The translations under genes and the position numbers were made by a program. A stretch of 64,000 bases of DNA from NCBI RefSeq assembly GCF_964355755.1, contig NC_092670.1, positions 27,204,795 to 27,268,794 on the forward strand, written 5' to 3'. Under the pieces are notes generated by a model. The model made no database searches and had not been told where the DNA came from. It saw nothing but the letters and a program-made list of their open reading frames with translations. Position 1 is the first letter of the stretch. Every line of letters starts with the position of its first letter. Positions 1 to 13,900 of this stretch are shown in pieces. Source of the stretch: Antedon mediterranea (taxonomy: Eukaryota; Animalia; Echinodermata).

Positions 1-3000
1 AACTGAGCACGCATCTTTTAATATCTACCTCATCAATAATTATTATTAATAATCTATAGCACATTGTTTGATATGATCAGTGTAGTCATAATTTGATAAC
101 TGAGCACGCATCTTTTAATATCTACCTCATCAGTAATTATTATTAATAATCTATAGCACATTGTTTGATATGATCAGTGTAGTCATAATTTGATAACTGA
201 GCACGCATCTTTAAATATCTACATCATCAATAATTATTAATAATAATCTATATCACATTTTTGGATATGATCAGTGTAGTCAGAATTTGATAACTGAGCA
301 CGCATCTTTAAATATCCACCTCATCAATAATTATTATTAATATCATATATCACATTGTTCGATATGATCAGTGTAGTCAGAATTTGATAACTGAGCACGC
401 ATCTTTTAATATCTACCTCATCAATAATTATTATTAATATCTTATATCACATTGTTGGATATGATCAGTGTAGTCATAATTTGATAACTGAGCACGCATC
501 TTTAAATATCTACCTCATCAATAATTATTATTAATAATCTATATCACATTGTTGGATATAATCAGTGTAGTCAAAATTTGATAACTGAGCACGCATCTTT
601 TAATATCTACCTCATCAATAATTATTACTAATAATCTATATCACATTGTTGGATATGATCAGTGTAGTCAGAATTTGAAAACTGAGCACGCATCTTTTAA
701 TATCTACCTCACCAATAATTATTATTAATATCATATATCATACTGTTAGATGTGATCAGTGTAGTCATAATTTGATAACTGAGCACGCATCTTTAAATAT
801 CTAAATCATCAATAATTATTATTAATAATCTATATCACATTGTTGGATATGATCAGTGTAGTCAGAATTTGATAACTGAGCACGCTTCTTTTAATATCTA
901 CCTCATCAATAATTATTATTAATATCTTATATCACATTGTTGGATATAATCAGTGTAGTCAGAATTTGATAACTGAGCACGCATCTTTTAATATCTACCT
1001 CATCAATAATTATTATTAATATCTTATATCACATTGTTGGATATGATCAGTGTAGTCATAATTTGATAACTGAGCACGCCTCTTTAAATATCTACATCAT
1101 CAATAATTATTAATAATAATCTATATCACATTTTTGGATATGATCAGTGTAGTAATAATTTGATAACTGAGCACGCAACTTTTAATATCTACCTCATCAA
1201 TAATTAATGTTAATAATCTATATCACATTGTTGGATATGATCAGTGTAGTCAGAATTTGATAACTGAGCACGCATCTTTAAATATCTACCTCATCAATAA
1301 TTATTATTAATAATCTATATCACATTGTTGGATATAATCAGTGTAGTCATAATATGATAACTGAGCACGCATCTTTTAATATCTACCTCATCAATAATTA
1401 TTATTAATAATCTATAGCACATTGTTTGATATGATCAGTGTAGTCATAATTTGATAACTGAGCACGCATCTTTTAATATCTACCTCATCAGTAATTATTA
1501 TTAATAATCTATAGCACATTGTTTGATATGATCAGTGTAGTCATAATTTGATAACTGAGCACGCATCTTTAAATATCTACATCATCAATAATTATTAATA
1601 ATAATCTATATCACATTTTTGGATATGATCAGTGTAGTCAGAATTTGATAACTGAGCACGCATCTTTAAATATCCACCTCATCAATAATTATTATTAATA
1701 TCATATATCACATTGTTCGATATGATCAGTGTAGTCAGAATTTGATAACTGAGCACGCATCTTTTAATATCTACCTCATCAATAATTTTTTATTAATATC
1801 TTATATCACATTGTTGGATATGATCAGTGTAGTCATAATTTGATAACTGAGCACGCATCTTTTAATATCTACCTCATCAATAATTATTATTAATATCTTA
1901 TATCACATTGTTGGATATGATCAGTGTAGTCATAATTTGATAACTGAGCACGCCTCTTTAAATATCTACATCATCAATAATTATTAATAATAATCTATAT
2001 CACATTTTTGGATATGATCAGTGTAGTAATAATTTGATAACTGAGCACGCATCTGTCAATATCTACATCAACAATAATTATTATTAATAATCTATATCAC
2101 ATTGTTGGATATGATCAGTGTAGTTACAATTTGATAACTGAGCATGCACGCATCTTTTAATATCTACCTCATCAATAATTAGCATTGATATCATATATCA
2201 GATTGTTGGATATGATCAGTGTAGTCATAATTTGATAACTGAGCACGCATCTTTTAATATCTACCTCATCAATAATTATTTTTAATAATCTATATCACAT
2301 TTTTCGATATAATCAGTGTAGTCAAAATTTGATAACTGAGCACGCATCTTTTAATATCTACCTCATCAATAATTATTACTAATAATCTATATCACATTGT
2401 TGGATATGATCAGTGTAGTCAGAATTTGAAAACTGAGCGCGCATCTTTTAATATCTACCTCACCAATAATTATTATTAATATCATATATCATACTGTTAG
2501 ATGTGATCAGTGTAGTCATAATTTGATAACTGAGCACGCATCTTTAAATATCTAAATCATCAATAATTATTATTAATAATCTATATCACATTGTTGGATA
2601 TGATCAGTGTAGTCAGAATTTGATAACTGAGCACGCTTCTTTTAATATCTACCTCATCAATAATTATTATTAATATCTTATATCACATTGTTGGATATAA
2701 TCAGTGTAGTCAGAATTTGATAACTGAGCACGCATCTTTTAATATCTACCTCATCAATAATTATTATTAATATCTTATATCACATTGTTGGATATGATCA
2801 GTGTAGTCATAATTTGATAACTGAGCACGTCTCTTTAAATATCTACATCATCAATAATTATTAATAATAATCTATATCACATTTTTGGATATGATCAGTG
2901 TAGTAATAATTTGATAACTGAGCACGCATCTTTTAATATCTACCTCATCAATAATTAATGTTAATAATCTATGTCACATTGTTGGATATGATCAGTGTAG

Positions 3001-6000
3001 TCAGAATTTGATAACTGAGCACGCATCTTTTAATATCTACCTCATCAATAATTATTATTAATAATCTATAGCACATTGTTTGATATGATCAGTGTAGTCA
3101 TAATTTGATAACTGAGCACGCATCTTTTAATATCTACCTCATCAGTAATTATTATTAATAATCTATAGCACATTGTTTGATATGATCAGTGTAGTCATAA
3201 TTTGATAACTGAGCACGCATCTTTAAATATCTACATCATCAATAATTATTAATAATAATCTATATCACATTTTTGGATATGATCAGTGTAGTCAGAATTT
3301 GATAACTGAGCACGCATCTTTAAATATCCACCTCATCAATAATTATTATTAATATCATATATCACATTGTTCGATATGATCAGTGTAGTCAGAATTTGAT
3401 AACTGAGCACGCATCTTTTAATATCTACCTCATCAATAATTATTATTAATATCTTATATCACATTGTTGGATATGATCAGTGTAGTCATAATTTGATAAC
3501 TGAGCACGCATCTTTAAATATCTACCTCATCAATAATTATTATTAATAATTTATATCACATTGTTGGATATAATCAGTGTAGTCAAAATTTGATAACTGA
3601 GCACGCATCTTTTAATATCTACCTCATCAATAATTATTACTAATAATCTATATCACATTGTTGGATATGATCAGTGTAGTCAGAATTTGAAAACTGAGCA
3701 CGCATCTTTTAATATCTACCTCACCAATAATTATTATTAATATCATATATCATACTGTTAGATGTGATCAGTGTAGTCATAATTTGATAACTGAGCACGC
3801 ATCTTTAAATATCTAAATCATCAATAATTATTATTAATAATCTATATCACATTTTTGGATATGATCAGTGTAGTCAGAATTTGATAACTGAGCACGCTTC
3901 TTTTAATATCTACCTCATCAATAATTATTATTAATATCTTATATCACATTGTTGAATATAATCAGTGTAGTCAGAATTTGATAACTGAGCACGCATCTTT
4001 TAATATCTACCTCATCAATAATTATTATTATTATCTTATATCACATTGTTGGATATGATCAGTGTAGTCATAATTTGATAACTGAGCACGCCTCTTTAAA
4101 TATCTACATCATCAATAATTATTAATAATAATCTATATCACATTTTTGGATATGATCAGTGTAGTAATAATTTGATAACTGAGCACGCAACTTTTAATAT
4201 CTACCTCATCAATAATTAATGTTAATAATCTATATCACATTGTTGGATATGATCAGTGTAGTCAGAATTTGATAACTGAGCACGCATCTTTAAATATCTA
4301 CCTCATCAATAATTATTATTAATAATCTATATCACATTGTTGGATATAATCAGTGTAGTCATAATATGATAACTGAGCACGCATCTTTTAATATCTACCT
4401 CATCAATAATTATTATTAATAATCTATAGCACATTGTTTGATATGATCAGTGTAGTCATAATTTGATAACTGAGCACGCATCTTTTAATATCTACCTCAT
4501 CAGTAATTATTATTAATAATCTATAGCACATTGTTTGATATGATCAGTGTAGTCATAATTTGATAACTGAGCACGCATCTTTAAATATCTACATCATCAA
4601 TAATTATTAATAATAATCTATATCACATTTTTGGATATGATCAGTGTAGTCAGAATTTGATAACTGAGCACGCATCTTTAAATATCCACCTCATCAATAA
4701 TTATTATTAATATCATATATCACATTGTTTGATATGATCAGTGTAGTCAGAATTTGATAACTGAGCACGCATCTTTTAATATCTACCTCATCAATAATTT
4801 TTTATTAATATCTTATATCACATTGTTGGATATGATCAGTGTAGTCATAATTTGATAACTGAGCACGCATCTTTTAATATCTACCTCATCAATAATTATT
4901 ATTAATATCTTATATCACATTGTTGGATATGATCAGTGTAGTCATAATTTGATAACTGAGCACGCCTCTTTAAATATCTACATCATCAATAATTATTAAT
5001 AATAATCTATATCACATTTTTGGATATGATCAGTGTAGTAATAATTTGATAACTGAGCACGCATCTTTTAATATCTACCTCATCAATAATTAATGTTAAT
5101 AATCTATATCACATTGTGGGATATGATCAGTGTAGTCAGAATTTGATAACTGAGCACGCATCTTTAAATATCTACCTCATCAATAATTATTATTAATAAT
5201 CTATATCACATTGTTGGATATAATCAGTGTAGTCATAATTAGATATCTGATCACGCATCTTTTAATATCTACCTCATCAATAATTATTATTAATAATCTA
5301 TAGCACATTGTTTGATATGATCAGTGTAGTAATAATTTGATAACTGAGCACGCATCTTTTAATATCTACCTCATCAGTAATTATTATTAATAATCTATAG
5401 CACATTGTTTGATATGATCAGTGTAGTCATAATTTGATAACTGAGCACGCATCTTTAAATATCTACATCATCAATAAATATTAATAATAATCTATATCAC
5501 ATTGTTGGATATGATCAGTGTAGTCATAATTTGATAACTGATCACGCATCTGTCAATATCTACATCAACAATAATAATTATTAATAATCTATATCACATT
5601 GTTGAATATGATCAGTGTAGTCATAATTTGATAACTGAGCACGCATCTTTTAATATCTATTTCATCAATAATTATTATTAATATCTTATATCACATTGTT
5701 GGATATGATCAGTGTAGTCATAATTTGATAACTGAGGACGCATCTTTCAATATCTACATCATCAATAATTATTATTAATAATCTATGTCACATTGTTGGA
5801 TATAATCAGTGTAGTCATAATTTGATAACTGATCACGCATCTTTTAATATCTACCTCATCAATAATTATTATTAATAATCTATAGCACATTGTTTGATAT
5901 GATCAGTGTAGTAATAATTTGATAACTGAGCACGCATCTTTTAATATCTACCTCATCAGTAATTATTATTAATAATCTATAGCACATTGTTGGATATAAT

Positions 6001-8000
6001 CAGTGTAGTCATAATTTGATAACTGAGCACGCCTCTTTAAATATCTACATCATCAATAATTATTATTAATAATCTATATCACATTTTTGGATATGATCAG
6101 TGTAGTAATAATTTGATAACTGAGCACGCATCTTTTAATATCTACCTCATCAATAATTATTATTAATAATCTATATCACATTGTTTGATATGATCAGTGT
6201 AGTCATAATTTGATAACTGAGCACGCATCTTTAAATATCTACATCATCAATAATTATTAATAATAATCTATATCACATTTTTGGATATGATCAGTGTAGT
6301 CAGAATTTGATAACTGAGCACGCATCTTTAAATATCCACCTCATCAATAATTATTATTAATATCATATATCACATTGTTCGATATGATCAGTGTAGTCAG
6401 AATTTGATAACTGAGCACGCATCTTTTAATATCTACCTCATCAATAATTATTATTAATATCTTATATCACATTGTTGGATATGATCAGTGTAGTCATAAT
6501 TTGATAACTGAGCACGCATCTTTAAATATCTACCTCATCAATAATTATTATTAATAATCTATATCACATTGTTGGATATAATCAGTGTAGTCAAAATTTG
6601 ATAACTGAGCACGCATCTTTTAATATCTACCTCATCAATAATTATTACTAATAATCTATATCACATTGTTGGATATGATCAGTGTAGTCATAATTTGATA
6701 ACTGAGCACGCATCTTTAAATATCTACATCATCAATAATTATTAATAATAATCTATATCACATTGTTGGATATGATCAGTGTAGTCATAATTTGATAACT
6801 GATCACGCATCTGTCAATATCTACATCAACAATAATAATTATTAATAATCTATATCACATTGTTGAATATGATCAGTGTAGTCATAATTTGATAACTGAG
6901 CACGCATCTTTTAATATCTATTTCATCAATAATTATTATTAATATCTTATATCACATTGTTGGATATGATCAGTGTAGTCATAATTTGATAACTGAGCAC
7001 GCATCTTTCAATATCTACATCATCAATAATTATTATTAATAATCTATGTCACATTGTTGGATATAATCAGTGTAGTCATAATTTAATAACTGATCACGCA
7101 TCTTTTAATATCTACCTCATCAATAATTATTATTAATAATCTATAGCACATTGTTTGATATGATCAGTGTAGTAATAATTTGATAACTGAGCACGCATCT
7201 TTTAATATCTACCTCATCAGTAATTATTATTAATAATCTATAGCACATTGTTTGATATGATCAGTGTAGTCATAATTTGATAACTGAGCACGCATCTTTA
7301 AATATCTACATCATCAATAATTATTAATAATAATCTATATCACATTGTTGGATATGATCAGTGTAGTCATAATTTGATAACTGATCACGCATCTGTCAAT
7401 ATCTACATCAACAATAATAATTATTAATAATCTATATCACATTGTTGAATATGATCAGTGTAGTCATAATTTGATAACTGAGCACGCATCTTTTAATATC
7501 TATTTCATCAATAATTATTATTAATATCTTATATCACATTGTTGGATATGATCAGTGTAGTCATAATTTGATAACTGAGCACGCATCTTTCAATATCTAC
7601 ATCATCAATAATTATTATTAATAATCTATGTCACATTGTTGGATATGATCAGTGTAGTCATAATTTGATAACTGAGCACGCATCTTTTAATATCTACCTC
7701 ATCAATAATTATTATTAATAATCTATAGCACATTGTTTGATATGATCAGTGTAGTCATAATTTGATAACTGAGCACGCATCTTTTAATATCTACCTCATC
7801 AGTAATTATTATTAATAATCTATAGCACATTGTTCGATATGATCAGTGTAGTCATAATTTGATAACTGAGCACGCATCTTTAAATATCTACATCATCAAT
7901 AATTATTAATAATAATCTATATCACATTTTTGGATATGATCAGTGTAGTCAGAATTTGATAACTGAGCACGCATCTTTAAATATCCACCTCATCAATAAT
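1..8000 (+). repeat. 97-bp satellite DNA array, block 1 (~82 monomers; runs off the window start)
   Basis: Monomer AACTGAGCACGCATCTTTTAATATCTACCTCATCAATAATTATTATTAATAATCTATATCACATTGTTGGATATGATCAGTGTAGTCATAATTTGAT recurs at 1, 98, 195..., head to tail, with a few variant positions per copy. Confidence 0.98.
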
Positions 8001-10965
8001 TAGGTTATATGCATTATCATGCATATAACCTCTTGATTCTGTCAAAATCTTTATTTATTTATTAGGTTATATGCATGATATGCATATAACCTCTTGATTC
8101 TGTCAAAATCTTTATTTATTTATTTATTTATTTATTTATTCTTTCCTTAGCACTATTTTGTCCGTGCATTATCTTGGCATCAGTTTAATCTAGCTAAGTC
8201 AAGTTTTCAGAGTATATTCCTTATGGCCAGGAATCGATGTGGTTATATTTTCACGATGCGTAATCAAAAATTACGCGGTCTACGCGCGATTTTACGAAAT
8301 CACGTTTGTAATCATATCTTCACAAGCATGAATCACAATTAAACAAAATTTGGTACTCATAAATTTCAGGTCATATTTCATCATATGGCAATACAATTAC
8401 GTGCGTAGCGCATATAACGCTTGCGTACGCGCGCTTAAAATGTTCAAAATTGTCAAAATTTATTTTCGATGAAATTAGAGTACGTTTCAGGCAATTTTAA
8501 GCGTTTAAAAAATTGCCATGAGTGCGCAAATTTTTGCACGCGCACTGCGCGTTAAACGTTAATGCGCACTCTTTTTGCCCGATTTCTGTTTTACAATCTT
8601 TCTTTAATAATATCATCATATTTGATTCAGGTTTCAACTCGGAATTGCGTTATACGAGCACGTCAAAAGTGATTGGCTACGCACGTATAAGTTAACAAAA
8701 TGGTGAAAATATGCTAAATTTTTAAATTAATATATATCGTCAGAATGCAGGGGAACACCTATTTTTTATTTCATTTTCTTGAAGTGTATGTATCATATGT
8801 ATGATTTATTATCAAATTAAGAGAACCAAAGTTGATTAAGTCATCATTAATTGCATATTAAATTTAAAAAAAATAATTTCGACAATCAAACAAATTATGA
8901 CATTTTCTTAGGCCAAAATAACAAACTTAACATTAACTTTCTTCCTTCAAAAGTTCATATATTAAAGTTAAAAGTATGTAGTTTGACAGTGCATCATTTG
9001 TTTACATTTTAAAGATGTCATCATAGTAAAAAATTATAATTCATTTCGGTATGTAATAATCTATTTGCATCAAAGTGGTTACTGCATAGTAAATACACGG
9101 AGGAATCTTTCTACAAATTTTAGTCAGTTGTGTATGGCTCGGTGGTCTGTGCTCGTGTCTATGGCATTCAAGGTACCGAGATCGAGTCTCACCTTGGGAA
9201 ACGAAATAAAATTTTTTTTTTATTATCCGTATTGTTTGTTCAAATTTATTTCTTAGTGTATAGATTATACACATGATTTATAATGAAATCTAGATAAAAA
9301 TTAACTTATGTCTTTATTATTATGTAACAACAAATGTGGTTTATGACATTATACGCATATGGATCTTTGATCGGATTGTGATACCGGCTATGGTGTTCGC
9401 GTTAGCAAGGTACTAGGTCCTATCATATATTATAAATAATTAAAGATTCTGAGAAAATCAATCAATCAATATATCTTTAAAAAATCAATTATCTTTATTT
9501 AAATCAATGCATATAACCTATAATTCGTCATAGTGACGAATTAAATCTAGTTTATTTATTCTTTCCTTAGCACTATTTTGTCCGTGAATTATCTTGATAT
9601 CAGTTTCATCTATTTAAGTCAATTTTTCAGAGTATATTCCTTATGGCCAGGAATCGATGTGGTTATATTTTCACGATGCGTAATCAAAAATTACGCGGTC
9701 TACGCGCGATTTTACGAAATCACGTTTGTAATCATATCTTCACAAGCATGAATCACAATTAAACAAAATTTGGTACTCATAAATTTCAGGTCATATTTCA
9801 TCATATGGCAATACAATTACGTGCGTAGCGCAAATAACGCTTGCGTACGCGCGCTTAAAATGTTCAAAATTGTCAAAATTTATTTTCGATGAAATTAGAG
9901 TACGTTTCAGGCAATTTTAAGCGTTTAAAAAATTGCCATGAGTGCGCAGATTTTTGCACGCGCACTGCGCGTTATACGTTAATGCGCACTCTTTTTGTCC
10001 GATTTCGGTTGTACAACCTTTCTTTAATAATATCATCATATTTTATTCACTTTTCAACGCGTAATTGCCTTATACGAGCACGTCAAAAGTGACAGGCTAC
10101 GCACGTGTAAGTTAACAAAATGGTGAAAATATGCTAAATTTTAAAATTAATATAGATCGTCAGAATGCTCGGGAACACATATTTTTTATTTCATTTTCTT
10201 GAAGTGTATGTATCTTATGTATGATTTATTATTAAACTAAGAGAACAAAAGTTGATTAAGCCATAATTAATTGCATATTAAATTAAAAAAAATTCATTTC
10301 GACAATCAAACAAATTATGACATTTTCTTAGGCCAAAATAACAAACTTAACATTAACTTTCTTCCTCCAAAAGTTCATATATTAAAGTTAAAAGTATATA
10401 GTTTGACAGTGCATCATTTTTGTACATTTTTAGAGATGTCATCATAGTAAAAAATTATAATTCATTGCGGTATGTAATAATCTATCTGCACCAAAGTGGT
10501 TACTGCATAGTAAATACACGGAGGAATTTTTCTACAATTTTTAGACAGTTGTGTATGGCTCGGTGGTGTGTGCTCGTGTCTATGGCACTCAAGGTACCGA
10601 GATCGAGTCTCACCTTTGGAAACGAAATAAGATTTTTTTTTTATTATTCGTATTGTTTGTTCAAATTTATTTCTTAGTGTATATATTATACACATGATTT
10701 ATAATGAAATCTAGATAAAAAATAACTTATGTCTTTATTATTATGTAACAGCAAATGTGGTTTATGACATTATACGCAGAGGGATCTTTGATCGGATTGT
10801 GATACCGGCTATTGTATTCGCGTTAGCAAGGTCCTATCATATATTATAAATAATTAAAGAATCTGAGAAAATCAATGAATCAAAATATCTTTTAAAAATC
10901 AATTATCTTTATTAAAATCAATGCATATAACCTATAATTCGTCATAGTGACGAATTAAATCTAGT
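8001..10965 (+). mobile_element. Non-autonomous Helentron/DINE-1-like (HINE) element, outer copy A (8001-8062 + 9552-10965)
   Basis: The 5' subTIR TAGGTTATATGCAT has an adjacent inverted copy (ATGCATATAACCT), then a (TTTA)n microsatellite. The 3' end has subTIR ATGCATATAACCTA, stem-loop AATTCGTCA-TAG-TGACGAATT and ...AATCTAGT. It is inserted at T|T with no TSD: the satellite monomer reads through CATCAATAAT|TATTATTAATATCAT when it is removed. Confidence 0.88.
8063..9551 (+). mobile_element. Non-autonomous Helentron/DINE-1-like element, inner copy B nested in copy A
   Basis: Complete second copy with the same termini and a highly similar body. Removing it restores an uninterrupted (TTTA)n tract in copy A (T|T site, no TSD). 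Confidence 0.88.
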
Positions 10966-13900
10966 TATTATTAATATCATATATCACATTGTTCGATATG
11001 ATCAGTGTAGTCAGAATTTGATAACTGAGCACGCATATTTTAATATCTACCTCATCAATAATTATTATTAATATCTTATATCACATTGTTGGATATGATC
11101 AGTGTAGTCATAATTTGATAACTGAGCACGCATCTTTAAATATCTACCTCATCAATAATTATTATTAATAATCTATATCACATTGTTGGATATAATCAGT
11201 GTAGTCATAATTTGATTACTGAGCACGCATCTTTTAATATCTACCTCATCAATAATTATTATTAATATCTTATATCACATTGTTGGATATGATCAGTGTA
11301 GTCATAATTTGATAACTGAGCACGCATCTTTAAATATCTACATCATCAATAATTATTAATAATAATCTATATCACATTTTGGGATATGATCAGTGTAGTC
11401 ATAATTTGATAACTGAGCACGCATCTTTTAATAGCTACCTCATCAATAATTATTATTAATATCTTATATCACATTGTTGGATATGATCAGTGTAGTCAGA
11501 ATTTGATAACTGAGCACGCATCTGTCAATATCTACATCAACAATAATTATTATTAATAATCTATATCACATTGTTGGATATGATCAGTGTAGTCTTAATT
11601 TGATAACTGAGCACTCATCTTTTAATATCTACCTCATCAATAATTATTATTAATATCTTATATCACATTGTTGGATATGATCAGTGTAGTCATAATTTGA
11701 TAACTGAGCACGCATCTTTTAATATCTACCTCATCAATAATTATAATTAATATCTTATATCACATTGTTGGATATGATCAGTGTAGTCAGAATTTGATAA
11801 CTGAGCACGCATCTGTCAATATCTACATCAACAATAATTATTATTAATAATCTATATCACATTGTTGGATATGATCAGTGTAGTTACAATTTGATAACTG
11901 AGCATGCACGCATCTTTTAATATCTACCTCATCAATAATTAGCATTGATATCATATATCAGATTGTTGGATATGATCAGTGTAGTCATAATTTGATAACT
12001 GAGCACGCATCTTTTAATATCTACCTCATCAATAATTATTTTTAATAATCTATATCACATTTTTCGATATAATCAGTGTAGTCAAAATTTGATAACTGAG
12101 CACGCATCTTTTAATATCTACCTCATCAATAATTATTACTAATAATCTATATCACATTGTTGGATATGATCAGTGTAGTCAGAATTTGAAAACTGAGCAC
12201 GCATCTTTTATTATCTACCTGACCAATAATTATTATTAATATCATATATCATACTGTTAGATGTGATCAGTGTAGTCATAATTTGATAACTGAGCACGCA
12301 TCTTTAAATATCTAAATCATCAATAATTATTATTAATAATCTATATCACATTGTTGGATATGATCAGTGTAGTCAGAATTTGATAACTGAGCACGCTTCT
12401 TTTAATATCTACCTCATCAATAATTATTATTAATATCTTATATCACATTGTTGGATATAATCAGTGTAGTCAGAATTTGATAACTGAGCACGCATCTTTT
12501 AATATCTACCTCATCAATAATTATTATTAATATCTTATATCACATTGTTGGATATGATCAGTGTAGTCATAATTTGATAACTGAGGACGCCTCTTTAAAT
12601 ATCTACATCATCAATAATTATTAATAATAATCTATATCACATTTTTGGATATGATCAGTGTAGTAATAATTTGATAACTGAGCACGCATCTTTTAATATC
12701 TACCTCATCAATAATTAATGTTAATAATCTATATCACATTGTTGGATATGATCAGTGTAGTCAGAATTTGATAACTGAGCACGCATCTTTAAATATCTAC
12801 CTCATCAATAATTATTATTAATAATCTATATCACATTGTTGGATATAATCAGTGTAGTCATAATTTGATAACTGAGCACGCATCTTTTAATATCTACCTC
12901 ATCAATAATTATTATTAATAATCTATAGCACATTGTTTTATATGATCAGTGTAGTCATAATTTGATAACTGAGCACGCATCTTTTAATATCTACCTCATC
13001 AGTAATTATTATTAATAATCTATAGCACATTGTTTGATATGATCAGTGTAGTCATAATTTGATAACTGAGCACGCATCTTTAAATATCTACATCATCAAT
13101 AATTATTAATAATAATCTATATCACATTTTTGGATATAATCAGTGTAGTCATAATTTGATAACTGAGCACGCATCTTTTAATATCTACCTCATCAATAAT
13201 TATTATTAATAATCTATATCACATTGTTGGATATAATCAGTGTAGTCATAATTTGATTACTGAGCACGCATCTTTTAATATCTACCTCATCAATAATTAT
13301 TATTAATATCTTATATCACATTGTTGGATATGATCAGTGTAGTCATAATTTGATAACTGAGCACGCATCTTTAAATATCTACATCATCAATAATTATTAA
13401 TAATAATCTATATCACATTTTGGGATATGATCAGTGTAGTCATAATTTGATAACTGAGCACGCATCTTTTAATAGCTACCTCATCAATAATTATTATTAA
13501 TATCTTATATCACATTGTTGGATATGATCAGTGTAGTCATAATTTGATAACTGAGCACGCATCTTTAAATATCTACATCATCAATAATTATTAATAATAA
13601 TCTATATCACATTTTGGGATATGATCAGTGTAGTCATAATTTGATAACTGAGCACGCATCTTTTAATAGCTACCTCATCAATAATTATTATTAATATCTT
13701 ATATCACATTGTTGGATATGATCAGTGTAGTCAGAATTTGATAACTGAGCACGCATCAGTCAATATCTACATCAACAATAATTATTATTAATAATCTATA
13801 TCACATTGTTGGATATGATCAGTGTAGTCTTAATTTGATAACTGAGCACTCATCTTTTAATATCTACCTCATCAATAATTATTATTAATATCTTATATCA

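Noticed and set aside
2141-2150. GAGCATGCACG (+4 bp) variant as a hairpin-type excision footprint
   Set aside because: Equally explained by a short local duplication; it has a single origin with no independent recurrence, so it was used only as an HOR marker.
9041-10695. Short ORFs (63-85 aa) duplicated in the insertion
   Set aside because: They occur on both strands of a non-coding Helentron-type body, have no Rep/helicase motifs, and are duplicated only because the element is.
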